From assembly GCA_951406725.2 (NCBI GenBank), contig OX597822.1:50964001-51028000 (forward strand): 64,000 nucleotides of DNA. Reading direction: 5' to 3'. Every line of letters begins with the position of its first letter. The first letter of the stretch is position 1. This DNA comes from Octopus vulgaris. Taxonomy: Eukaryota. Below, one piece after another: positions 39,416-51,995 of this stretch. A program made the translations under genes and the position numbers. Under the pieces are notes generated by a model that was not told the origin of the DNA, ran no database searches, and saw nothing but the letters and a program-made list of their open reading frames with translations.

Positions 39416-40844
39416 CGTGTGTGAGTATTAGTGTGTGTGCCCTCGCTTTGTGGAACTTCGATTAAACACCGTTTCTAAGAAATTACGCTCACTGGTTATA
39501 GGCTAATGAAAGGATACAATAGGGATCATTTAGCATCATTTAGAATCATTTAGCAGTATTAAATCCGCTTTCATTGTTTCGTTAGCAGATATCTTATCTA
39601 CAATAAACATGCAATTTGAGACAATATCTCTAGATGGGCAGTAGACCATGATTATTTTTTGTTTTCCATCATTATATAGTTCAGCCTTTTAATATCCATT
39701 TTATTTTAAAAGACATAATCAATTTTTTTTAATACGGAAAGGAAAAGGTTTAAACCCATCCCACGTTTCTTTGATTTTTAATTATCCACGTACATATAAC
39801 TATCTAATATACAAATATTCAATCTGGTCTTCTTAAAAATCCAGGTATTGTAAATCCTATGTCAATGCAAAAATTGTAAATACACTATTTAGGGTTAGGC
39901 CTGAGAATTCGTAGTTTGTATAACGTGTTCGGTGCAACTTCCGGTGTTAGTTCCAGCTGATGCCAAATTTACCAATTATAGTTTAGAGCTTCACACCAGT
40001 CAGTGTTTTTGCCTACCTCGCCACTCAATATTGCTGTCCTTGAGCTTAAGTCTGAAATACCTATTTATAATATAGTTTATGACAGGGCGTTATCGTAACA
40101 CATCTTAGAAAATGCTCCATTACGCTGGACGATTGCGTGCTTAAGTATGAGCACAAATTTGAGTGTAGGTTAAAACAAGAGTTACGTATGAATAGTATTT
40201 ATGGTGTTGGTTTAGATTACCATGTAAAACAAAATGTATTTCATTAGTTGTGAAATATTAGTGCCGCAGGAAAAACGTAATTCAGTGCAGAGTTCATTTT
40301 AAATGGGACCAGTCACTTCGAAATAAATATTTCTATATAATTGTTGTGATAAATTCTCCACCGAACAAAATACATGACAGTATTAAACATCTAAGAAGCA
40401 AATTGCAATTTTAATTGTGTTTTAGCGATATATTCATCATATCCGAGAACTGATTAATAAAGAACGAAATGAAATGATACTATTATAGATTAATGATTAA
40501 ACAATGATGATTATTGACAAGATGGCAAAGGAAGTGAAATATTTTACTCAAACTCAAATGTGTGAAAGCAAATATCAAATAGACTATCTAGTACAAGATG
40601 AATAATTATCATCGGCACATGTTCACTATATCTCATCTCATGTTAATCATGTCAATTAAAAATGTGTTTTGCGTTTGCACAGATATGTTGTGTGTAACGT
40701 ATCAGTACAATATCATAATTTTGCCTGTGTGATACAAGTGCAATTTCAATTGTAAGATATCAATCAAATGAAATTATTTTTCCTCAGGAAAGTTAAGTAT
40801 TCACAAGAAAATACAGCAATGTAACTTAAAGTTTAAAATATATT

Positions 40845-41705
40845 ATTTTCTACTATAGGCTAAAGGCCCAAATTTTTTGGAGGATGTGGCCAGTCGATTT
40901 GACCGACCCCAGTACGCAACTGGCACTTAATTTATCGCCCCCTAAAGGATTAAAAGCAAAGTCAACCTCGGCGAAATTTGAACTCATTACATAAAGACAG
41001 ACGAAATAGCACTAAGCATTTCGTCCAGCGTACTAACGTTTCTGCCAGCACGCCACCATAAAAAATACTCTTTACACAAGGCCCGTAATTTTGGGGAAGG
41101 GGGCCAGTCGATTAGATCGATACCAGTACACAACTGGTACTTAACTTATCGACCCTGGAAGGATGAAAGGCGAAGTAACCTCGGCAGAATTTGACCTCAG
41201 AACGTAGAGTCAAATTCCACTAAGTATTTAGCCCAGCGAGCTAACATTTCTACCAGCACGCCGCACTATAAAGTTTTTAAAATATTCTTTTCTACATTAG
41301 GCACAAGACCCGGACTTTTGGGGTAGGGATCAGCCGATTACATCGACCCCAGCACACAACTGGTACTTAATTTATTTGCCCCGAAAGCATGGAAGGCAAA
41401 GTCAACCTCAGCGGATTTTGAACTCTGAACGCAAAAACAGACGAAATACCACCCAGCATTTCGCCCGGCGTGCTACGGTCCTAGCAGCTCGCCGCCTTCT
41501 AATTATTGTAAATATTTTTTCTACTCTAGGTACACGATCCGAAAGTTTTGGAGGAGGGGACCAGTCGATTAGATCAACCCCTGTTCGTAATTGGTATTTA
41601 ATTTATCGGCCCCGAAAGCATGGAAGGCAAAGTTGACCTCGGCGGAAGTTGAACTCTGAAGGCAAAAATAAACGAAATACCGCTAAGCATTTCGTCCGGC
41701 GCGAA
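40845..41705 (-). mobile_element. Four tandem Meta-domain SINE copies (~220-bp period)
   Basis: Units at ~40845-41058, 41070-41265, 41286-41498 and 41517-41703, each with AACTGGTACTTAA/GGCAAAGTC-like landmarks. Confidence 0.85.
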
Positions 41706-41829
41706 ATAGATATACGTTTCGACGATGGGAATTCGTTGTTTGACCAACTAAATTCCTATACGAGAAATTAGCATCTAGATGTCTGTGTATATACGGGTGG
41801 GCACACACACGTGCGTTTTTTAATCTATG

Positions 41830-44400
41830 TATAGAGCCAAATCTGGGTGTCATTGCCAACATTATTTTACTGACTCTAAATCTGTGACAATATGTGAACT
41901 ATATTTATTAATAACCAAGACTATATCTAAGAGCAGGCTATAAAAAATAGTTTTATATATTTTATCAGAAATTCACTCACTAGACGTCCATAACCTTTTC
42001 TCAGACGATTTATTTTTGCAGTCAAAACCCAATGTGTTTCATATATATTCAAACCGCAAATCAACTCCACTGAAGCCCCATCCGATTCATACCATTTTCA
42101 TTTCATCTCTACTTAGTGTACGACTATATGTCATACATTTATTGTATGACATGTTTATTGGTGCACAGGAATTAATAGAGTTATGTGGTTCGATTTTACC
42201 TATGAAGAGACTATATTTAGGCAACTACAATGTAAAAACGGACTCATATAACCAGTTTGATGAAGGATATATTACTAAAATTCTGATTCGGATAACAAGC
42301 AATTTCTTATAGTTGAGTATACCAACACTGATCCGAACGAATAATTCCATGTCCACGAGACGTATTTAAAATTGTTTTAACTCGATGTCTCATGGAAATT
42401 CGACCTTTTAATGTTCTTCTATCTATATATCTTAATAACATTATTCGTTACAAAGTTTCGCTCATTAAAAACGAAACATTCAAACATGTTCCATAATAAT
42501 TACAATTTCAATTATGAAACCCGTCTCATTGCATTGTTAAGGTTGTTGAAAGTGTAACATTCGAACTTGTTTCATCTTAGTGAACATTCCAAGTATGATT
42601 TTGATATCCATCCATATTTAGAAGTTGTTTTATAACCGTAACATCCAACATATATAGGGACTATTAAAATAAATCGGTTGAGATTTTTAATGTTATTCAG
42701 TCATGTGTCATATGATAAAATACAGAACGTATCCGGTTTTTATATTAATCTCTGAAAAGCTACATGATCCAGAAAATTATATAACTAGAATTGGCCGCTA
42801 TTACATGTAAATGAAATGAATAGCAACAGATAGTTATTGAAATGAATTTTATACTTTCAAAATATTGCTTTATTAACACTTGACGTTATTCAGAATTTGT
42901 GGCACGAATAAGGTGAATTGCAACAGGAAACGTATTGACAGTCACTTAGAAAATAAATATCAAAATATATAGAAAAACGTTTTAAATTCTGTCAACTCAT
43001 TAATTTCAAATAGGTTATTACCTTTCAATTAATTTCTTCATAGGATTAATCTCCTGGAAATTTATATTCCAAGTGACTTCAATTGCCGGTTACAACTATA
43101 TTCACTTATTCCGAGAACTTTTGGAAAAATATAACCGCGTTAATTAATTGCCATCCGCCCTGATACGTTCCAAAGTTCAATGGCTACACAGAAAAGAGAA
43201 CCCACAGTAAATCTACTGAATATCTCCTAATTTACAGAATGATGCTAAGGTATAATCATAAACTCGTTACGTATACACAAACATGCATACGACCCACATA
43301 CATTTTCATTACCTTCACAAACAAGTTGTCTTTGGAATAATTTTCATCGATCATACCAAATAAGTCTCTAATAAATATCTAATATTACCAACCCCAATCA
43401 TATTCCAAAAATACTCCCATCAACAGTTGTGCTTATAATATCCTGTTTTGGATCCGAATAGTGGATACACTATTTTCTCAATATCTAGTATTCGTTCTAG
43501 ATACGCTTTTCATAAAATTGCATTCTATGTGAGTCAATCAGTTATAACAACTATTTCATTAAAATCTAAATCACATCCCTCACCAACACCAACGCAGTTG
43601 CGTGCAACACCAGTATTTGGACTAACTGGCCATTTAATTTAAATGCTATACTAACAAATTCAACTACTTCGTTGAAAATGTTTGCCTGAATAGAATCAGA
43701 AAGATTGGTTGCAAGATCAGGGCAGTTTCTTTTTCTAGTGGCAGTGATCCTAATTGGTTCAAAGCACGAATAACAATAATTGATAATAAAACAGCTATCA
43801 TTTATTGAAGGGATACAACAGTCTCTAGTCAACCAGGATAAACTTTAACGAGTATCACTGGCTTTTTCTCCGAAGCTTTAGTCTTGCTGATCACTACTGG
43901 ATATGCATTGATGGAATATAGTAGATTAGGGAAAGTAGAACAGCTGTAACAGCGAGGACCATCAGATCACACCTAAAACAAATGACATTTCAACACTGTT
44001 ATTCAAGTTTATCCAGATTAGCTGCTGTGTGTTCAACATAGCACGTTCAACACCTTAAAATATTTCCCAATATCAATGGCGTCAACAACAACCACTAGAA
44101 CTTTGCGTTGAGTTTAATACTTTCATAGCTGCTCTTAAGATGAACGAATGATGATATAGGCCACATTCAGTAGTTCAGTTTATACTTGGAAACAGCTGTT
44201 TTCTGTGCGTTTTATCGCTGTTTTTTGACATTTTCTCAAAGCTGAATTAAAAACCTCTAATTATATGTACAATTAAACGTAAATTGCTCAGAAGAGCTTT
44301 CTGAACTTACATGGACTAATATAACTATTAGAGAATTTATAATCTCTATGTGAATTGTGATGATTCCCAGTTTTGACAATGATTATTTTGTTGTTCATCA
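41830..44400 (+). pseudogene. Heavily decayed Toll-like receptor-like pseudogene (LRR-TM-TIR order)
   Basis: LRR-like relics DMFIGAQELIEL, MKRLYLGN, IKNETFKHVP..SHCIVKVVESVTF, LLTLDV; hydrophobic ITGFFSEALVLLITTGYALM (~43850-43915); TIR-like EFNTFIA and FIAVF*HFLK..LI*LLENL. Recognised by eye only. Confidence 0.45.
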
Positions 44401-44719
44401 CCTTAAACACTAGCTCAACAGTGGTACGTGGTAGATGATGCCATGGACACGTTTACACTTAACGCAACACTGAAGCAGAAACAGAACGACACAAAGCCAG
44501 GCATTTTACTGGCAAAAACTATATCTGCGACAGTATTCCACCAATATTCATCGAAGTCATTTCACAACGTTTTGGTTCACTCGAGATTATACACAAATAC
44601 ACATGCCGAAGATACCACACAAAAATATCCATTCCTAAACCTCAAAATGTTATCAAATATGCACTCGGAAGTATAATACGATTAAATATAAGTATAAGAA
44701 CTATAATATTTCTTATAAT

Positions 44720-45787
44720 TGAAATGTTGTAAACTAAAAGAGACTTTCGATGAGTTGAAAAAGAAGTTATGGTGATGATGCACCATCATACAACGTAGTC
44801 AAGCAATGACATCGCCAGTTCCAATGTTGTCGGACATTGGTGGATACTTCTCCTATTCCTGGATGACCACATACCGCCATTGATGAGGACCTCATTCATA
44901 AAGTGGAAGTTGCCATTTTGAGGATCCTCGCATAAACATTTGGCAGTTAATCCAAGAAGTGAAAACAAGTGTAGAGTCTGTGGAAAAAATCATAGGCGAC
45001 CACTTGCACATGTGGAAGCTGTCTGCATGACACATTCCATGGATGCTAAAACCTCTTCAGAAGCAGGAAGGAGTCAATTGATCCCAGATTCTTTTGGCAA
45101 TGGTCCAAGGAAATGTGGAGTACTTTTTGAGCAGACTTATCACAGAGGATGAAAAGTGGGTCCATTACTATGATCCTGAGACTTAGGTCCAGTCGAAGTA
45201 ATGGAAGCATGATAACTCACCACCTCTAAAATGGGTCATGTCCTACATTCAGCAGGCACGGTGATGTTCACAGCCTTTTGGACTGGTAGTGATAATGGAT
45301 TTTCTGGTAAAGGGCACCACAATTAACGGGAAATATTATGCTTCGCTGCTGTAGAAAATGCGGGACACTATCAAAGCAGAGAAGCGTGCCATACTGACCA
45401 AAGGAGTCCGCACCCACCAGGACAGCACCTCAGTTCACCATTCGCATGTTGCTCAGATGAAAGTACACTCCTTCAGCTATGAAATCCTTCCTCATCACTC
45501 TTACTCTCCCGACATCACAGCTTCTGACTCCCACCTCTTTGCAACCAAGAAGTCTTTTTTGAAAAGGAAGCATTTGATGAACGTATTACCGAGTTAAAGT
45601 TTTGGCTCCTGACACAACCTACCAACGTCTACAGACGACGAGGTCTTCACAACTGCAAAAGCGATGGTAGAAGTGTGTCACTACTGGTGGTAATTATGTA
45701 GAGAAGGGCTAATAACTATGTAAAGTTTCGTTTATCGCAGTCCTTAAGAAATGGTTCAGAGGAAATCCGTAATTAACACCCCTCGTA
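44720..45787 (+). mobile_element. Decayed mariner, 5' end lost, related to 17061-18279
   Basis: YGDDAPSY, DEKWVHYYDPET, HQDSTSVH, HSYSPDITASD; ends CCCCTCG|TA. Confidence 0.85.
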
Positions 45788-45799
45788 AAGTGATTTTTC

Positions 45800-47500
45800 T
45801 AGCTTCGAGTCAACCTGAGTGGTGAGAATGAATCTTCATAAAAGAAATATATGAAATCCCGTCGAATTAGTCCCTCTATAAATTCTTTAATAATTAATAT
45901 TTCTATCCCACTTGTGAATAGGACCAAACTATCTAACTTCTTGTATGTCACTGTCTACCTACATACGAGACTATATGCCTACACCATAAACCAAATGGGT
46001 CACTACAATATATCAATGCCCTATCCAATCACACTGCATTTACCTTTGATGGCATTATCACTGGTATTTCGAACAGGATTTTAACCCATCAGCAAATGAG
46101 TATATATTTAATAATCATGCCCTTTGCTATACCCAAGCTCTCCAGATCAGCGGTTTCGCGAAGACCTTTTATATCCCCAAAACCAAACTAAAATCTGACT
46201 TGCTATTTTCTTTCTCAGTGCAAATCCTGAAACCTCCAGGCTTGATTCTACCGATCCTCATCCCATCAAACTCCAACTAAATTTCCTATGCCCATTACTC
46301 GTGCGAATTTCCGGCTACCTCTAAGACTGAATAACCTAAAACCTTATAAAGTAGGACTGCCCATCACATCACCCCCTTCTAAGTGGGAGATCTGATTGTT
46401 TGCACCACCATTCTCTATTCAAAGTCATAGCTCCAACATACCACCACAACATAAATACTACCGAATCTTTAAATATTCGTTTTAAATCTCCTCGTCTCCA
46501 CTGCAAAATATAATGCATCCCCTAATAGGCGCATCCTACGATGTGCTCAACTGGACACCGTCCCAACCCACCCAATAATAATACTGCAATTCTTGGGAAA
46601 CCTACCCATCTCAATAATTGCAACCCTGGTACTACCACCCATACTACTAGCAATCTGACCATATATAACAGCTTAACATTAATAATAATAACATCTACCG
46701 CCCTTCTTTGAGGATAACGAACATATGAACCGGAGTAGAATACGGATTGATCATAAGCTCACTGCTGGTAGGAAAATCTGAAATTGCCTAAACTCCCCGG
46801 TTTGTCCTTTGGACTGTTTTTGTTTGTTCCCTAATGTAGTATATACACGCCGGGTAATACCACCCATACTATTAGAAATCTGACCATATATAACAGCAGT
46901 GACTCTCTCCCTCAACTTAACACTAATGATAATAACACCTACCACCATCTTTGAGGATAACACACATAAAACCGGAGCAGAATAGGGATTGAGGATGAGT
47001 TCACTGTTGCTACGAAAACCTGAAATTGCCTGGATTTCCAGTTTTGTCCGTAGGATTGTTTTTGCTTGTTCTATAATATAGTATATAAACGCCGGGTAAT
47101 AATACCACGGTCCCACCAAGCTACGGTCTATTGGCGACAGTGTTGACTTCAGGCCCCGCTACCGGGTTCATCTGAGTTCGTTTTAAAATTGAGCCACTAG
47201 ACTCTCCACCACCATCGCTAGATATATGCCCAACTTCAAGACCCGAAATGTTACTTATACCTTATCCTAATTCGTTGTTTTCGAGTTTTCGCTATACAGA
47301 ACTTACCACCCTGCTTGCAAATTTCGGTCAAGAGAGTCGCTCTCAATCCTTTGCTGCTCTAACTTCTCATTATTCAATAGGTCCTATGACTGAATATTTT
47401 CATGAAAATACAAATTTTACTCCATTTTTTCAATTTCACGAAGTCTATAATCTCTCCTTATTATGATTAAGTCCCCACTTAACACTTAGCCATGCTAGCA
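45800..47500 (+). mobile_element. Possible very old PLE in partial-tandem form (endonuclease relic, tail repeats, ORF-start relic)
   Basis: Weak peptide relics only (PLVNRTKLSNFL, TAFTFDG, TRLSTTIARY) around the tandem repeat at 46652-47108. Confidence 0.3.
46652..47108 (+). repeat. Two diverged tandem ~225-bp units
   Basis: AATCTGACCATATATAACAGC…ACGCCGGGTAATA at 46652-46863 and 46878-47108. Confidence 0.85.
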
Positions 47501-47609
47501 GCACATTCCTTCTATTTCTCTTTCTCTACCATCTCCCCATTCTTCTTTACCTTTTCTCTGTCGGTACACCACATTTATTCCTTGAATTCTTTCTTTGCTT
47601 CAGCCTGTC

Positions 47610-48480
47610 TATAAACATAGGATGACATAGTCGCGGTGTGAAGGTGGCTCTGTAGACCACAAACCTTGATAGGCAGAATGCACTCAGTGGGGCAGTGGGT
47701 ACGATTTTGCTCGTTACATGGTGCTCTATTGACGGGAAGGTATGTAAGTGTACGCTTGCCCCTATTGTAGCGTTCGATGTGTCCAAGCAGAAGTTGAAAA
47801 TCTTGATGTGGATGTTGAAATGTTTATTGTACTTATGGCCTCTAGGAATGCTTTTTAATCAACGGCAAGAAGCTCCCAGATATGTTAATTGAAACTTCTA
47901 GGTGAAATGGAGGTTTCAACAAAATCATCTTACCTTTTCTGTGCAGGACTGGGCTCTCCAAGTGTCTCCTTGCCATTGCTGGGGGGACGCACTATTTGAA
48001 GTTCTCTCTGTTGATTGGAAATTTAGAGATTATCCTACTGGTGCTTGTGGTAAAAAAACAGGGACACAACGAGACACACGTGTAAATATGCTCGCGTGCG
48101 CACACAGACACATATACGACGGGCTTTTCAGTTTTCGTCTTCCAAATCCAATCACAATGATTTGATCGGCCCGAGGATATAGCAAAGTACACTTGTCCAA
48201 GTGGGACTGTACCTGGAACCATTTGCATGGAAAGCAAGCTGCTTATCACACAGTCAAGCCTGCACCTATCCATGCTTCACTGTCAATCTATATAATGCTG
48301 GAGGTGAAAGGAATCACTGCTGCCTCTAGCGGGCGTGTTCTCATCATTGACAAAACTAGTGATCTCGGTGCTGGTAGCAGTGGGGGATTCATTTCCCCGG
48401 TAGTGATAGAAGTAGAAGTGCATTTGACACCCAACAACAAATATAAGATTATCTCTCATCCAAACTACCGCAGTATAGTT
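47610..48480 (-). mobile_element. Decayed Naiad-like PLE linker fragment interrupted by a SINE
   Basis: KMILLKPPFHLEVSINISGSFLPLIKKH, PRGHKYNKHFN, CNEQNRTHCP, LSAFCLSRFVVYRAT. Confidence 0.55.
48040..48270 (-). mobile_element. tRNA-derived SINE (same family as 9120-9460)
   Basis: CGACGGGCTTTTCAGTTT..CCAAATCCA..GATCGGCCCGAGG..GTGGGACTG landmarks. Confidence 0.7.
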
Positions 48481-48568
48481 TGTTGTAATAGAACACCCAC
48501 CTTTAAATGCGTATAAATATTACTTCTCGTTATTACTAGTGGCTATGTCGCTAATATATTAATATGTG

Positions 48569-48607
<39 letters not shown>

Positions 48608-48653
48608 ATATGTGTGTATGTGTGTGTGTGTATATATATATATATGTGTGTGC

Positions 48654-48705
<52 letters not shown>

Positions 48706-50485
48706 ATATATATATCAGCAGCAAAAATATTTAGGATCGAATATTTATATAGATACTAGTATTGTTATTATTATCGAAATCAATACAAGGTGTTCATAAT
48801 AACAACAATACCAACATAAGTGTTGGCAGGCGTAAATAAGTGTTATCTAGCTATAGAATTAAAATTATAATAATCAAAGGACACATTTAAGTGTCTGCCC
48901 GCTAGAAATAAGTTAAAACCTCCATTTGGACCACCAAAAATTACACTGAAAATAAGATACAACAGTATACGGGCGAGCGAACCGAAAAAGATCTCTCACA
49001 TACAATTATATCATAAAGCTATATATTTAATGGAACAGGTATATATGTGGACTGGTTTCTGGTTCTTACCTTCCTCGGCACAAAAAGAACTTCGACATGC
49101 ACCCTAAGATATACACAATCTACGTTTGTGTATATCTCAATGTGTATGTCAGTGTGTTTATGCTTAATCGTAATTTCTGTCAGGATAGCAACAACTTTTC
49201 AAAATAGTGTCCTGTCTAGTTTTGCCGATCGATTTAACAGCAGTGGTATTCATCTCAAACTGCACAAATATTCATACGTTTTGCGTTGCAGCACCTGTTT
49301 ATATTTGAACAATGCTGTATGTCTTGGAATGGCATGCCGGTTAAGAATTATGAGGTTTATATTTCAATGTAACATGTTGGAAATACTCACAGCTGCTAAA
49401 TCCAATGTTTTGTAGTCATATGCATTATTTATCTATTAATAAATTTGGAGAAAGTGATATCTCTGTTCTGAGTATATTGTAATGAGAGAGAACCAGTTGC
49501 ATCATTATTAATAAAGCTTATGGTATCTATTCTACCTTTAATGGAAACTTTAATGCAAAAATGATATAAGTCTTTTATTATATAATAACATTTATATATA
49601 CCCGTATGAAATAATTATTGTGAAATTGTATGTACTAAATATTTAATGATATTCTAAATTAACTGTATTTCTGGAAACATGTTCACAATAGCTTCTAGTC
49701 TAAAAGTGTAACAGTAAATAATTAATTTAAAATAGATTAAATTTATTTTCTGTAAATCGCAGCAGTCTCAGTTTCTATAACTGTACAGCTTCCGTTGAAC
49801 AAGCACTAAACAAAATATCTATGAAGTTCAAGGCAAGCAGTCGAAAATCTATGTGTAAAATTGGCAATAGTTCATTATCTCTTATCTGTTCAGTATCTGG
49901 TGGTTAAAATGACGTTAGCTATTGTAAATTTTGGACGTGTAAGGTAGCTAATCCACGTAGTGTAGTGTTCTAAGTATTCAGTAAAATATACCGTAGAGCA
50001 GACTGGTTAACTGCAACTAAAAACGAAATTGAACATATATTAAACAAAATTAGTAAAACCAATTTCCAAAGATATAAAACACTTTGCATAAATTAAAGTG
50101 AATAATTTCTAAGTAATTTGAATTCCATGATGATTTCGAGAGAACGGCCACCAACCATATACAGACAATTTACAAAACGTAATGAAAATATCTTATTATG
50201 TACGATCATGTCCTACAAAGGAAGATGTAAGTGGAAACTTTCGGTACGCAGAGAAATCGCTAAGTAAACCTTCCTTACAACATTAACACTTTTCTAAGTG
50301 GTGGATTGAAGATTGTACATAACTACTCAACTGGATCAAGTCAAAGAAACGGGACAGCTATCATATTTTTCACTGAATGTAAAATTAAGTGGAACAAATA
50401 TATTTCTATCGTTCACTGCAAAACGTTTGCAACAATAATATAGAAAGTGGTTGCTGCATGTCAGACATGTTATCCATTCAGAAGC

Positions 50486-50639
50486 ACTTAAACATTTTAA
50501 GTTTGTAATGTGGTGTTCAAATTTTAGTCACTCCAAACTGCGATCTGGCCTCTCGGCACCTTTCCATGACAACAACCAGGTGGCAATTTGGAGCGACGAA
50601 AATGTCAACACCACATTACAAACAACAAATGTTTAAGTG
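50486..50639. repeat. 33-bp inverted repeats around a ~90-bp spacer (MITE-like)
   Basis: CACTTAAACATTTTAAGTTTGTAATGTGGTGTT versus AACACCACATTACAAACAACAAATGTTTAAGTG. Confidence 0.65.
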
Positions 50640-51957
50640 AAGTTACCACCTTATATGGATTGCAGCGTTTCATAAATATACACTTCAAAGCGTTTCATAA
50701 ATATGCACTTCAAAGAATATTTATATCCCAACTATTATATATACATACAAGTATATCTTTTGTCATATGCCTATGCCTATTAGAAAATTCACCATCGGAT
50801 CTGTGCGTATGTGCGTATATATTTTTACGCGTATGTACGTACGCAAATATGTACATGTATATACATGTGGGTATAATTACCACGTGTCGTATCTATGCCT
50901 GCATGCGTACATTTATATATGTACGCACTTTCTGCATTTTTTTATTTGTGTCTATTTGTGTATTTATGTATATACTACATGTATGTGAATGCGTGCATAT
51001 GTATAGGTATATACGTATGTAAGTGCATACACATGTGTGTATTTACATAGGTTTATACTCATTATTTATCATTTTCAATTTTCCATTTTGCACAGATGTC
51101 TTATTGCGTATGTGACACCCTCCTTTTCCAACTCTCCGGTTTTAAAAATTACCAACAGTCACCTACTTTCACCTCTCCTACCCTCACTTTCCTTTTCTTG
51201 CCACTTCCATCTGTCTTCCCTCTTCCCTCCCACCACCTGCCACGCATGACAGCTACTCCACCTCACTCGACAATGTTGCTGAATTAAATATATTACATTT
51301 AACTAATATAGTAGTTGAAAGCATTTCGCTACACTGCCCTGCGTATGTTACGCGAGTAGGCGGTTATGTGTGCGTATGCCAACAATGTTTTGTGCATGTG
51401 TATGCATTAACAAATACTTGCATGTATCTGTGAACATATAGATATATACATTGCATCTTAAGTATTCTATTTCGTTTTGGGGATTGAGTATATATGCCTA
51501 TATAGGTGTGTATACGTATATAGCTGTGAATGCGTTTATATGATTTTTTATTGTTTTACCATTCCTTTTGCGTATATATATAAAGTTGTGGATAAGTTTA
51601 TGTACGTTTGTGTATAACGCTATATGAGTGTATTTATACATGCATAACATAACGCTTTGTGTGTGTATATTCATAGATGCATAACATAACTTTCAGTTTA
51701 ATTTAATTCAATATTTCAATGTCCATCACCCTATTATTCCAAAACCATTACTAAATATTACTTATTTTGGAATTCTTGCCCATCCAACGTAACGTTATTT
51801 CAGTCTAGTATATCTTTCAATTAATTTATATTTCCAAACATTACCAAATATTTACAGTTATGTTTTTGAAAAATTAACCAATCAGATTAAAAGCTTGTTC
51901 GTTATACCACAAAATATTACATGCACAATTATAATCTAAAATTCAGTATTCATCATA

Positions 51958-51995
51958 ACTGTCCGACGAACAGGAACGAGAAACTGAGTGACAGT
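51958..51995 (+). ncRNA. Decayed minimal hammerhead with CCGACGA core
   Basis: ACTGT/ACAGT stem I; CCGACGA; GAAA; CTGAG; the triplet is now GUG (not cleavable); followed by AATAAA and (TA)n. Confidence 0.45.

Noticed and set aside
40845-41705. CRISPR-like or tRNA-gene array
   Set aside because: The units are whole SINEs with no repeat-spacer structure and no complete cloverleaf; the context is eukaryotic.
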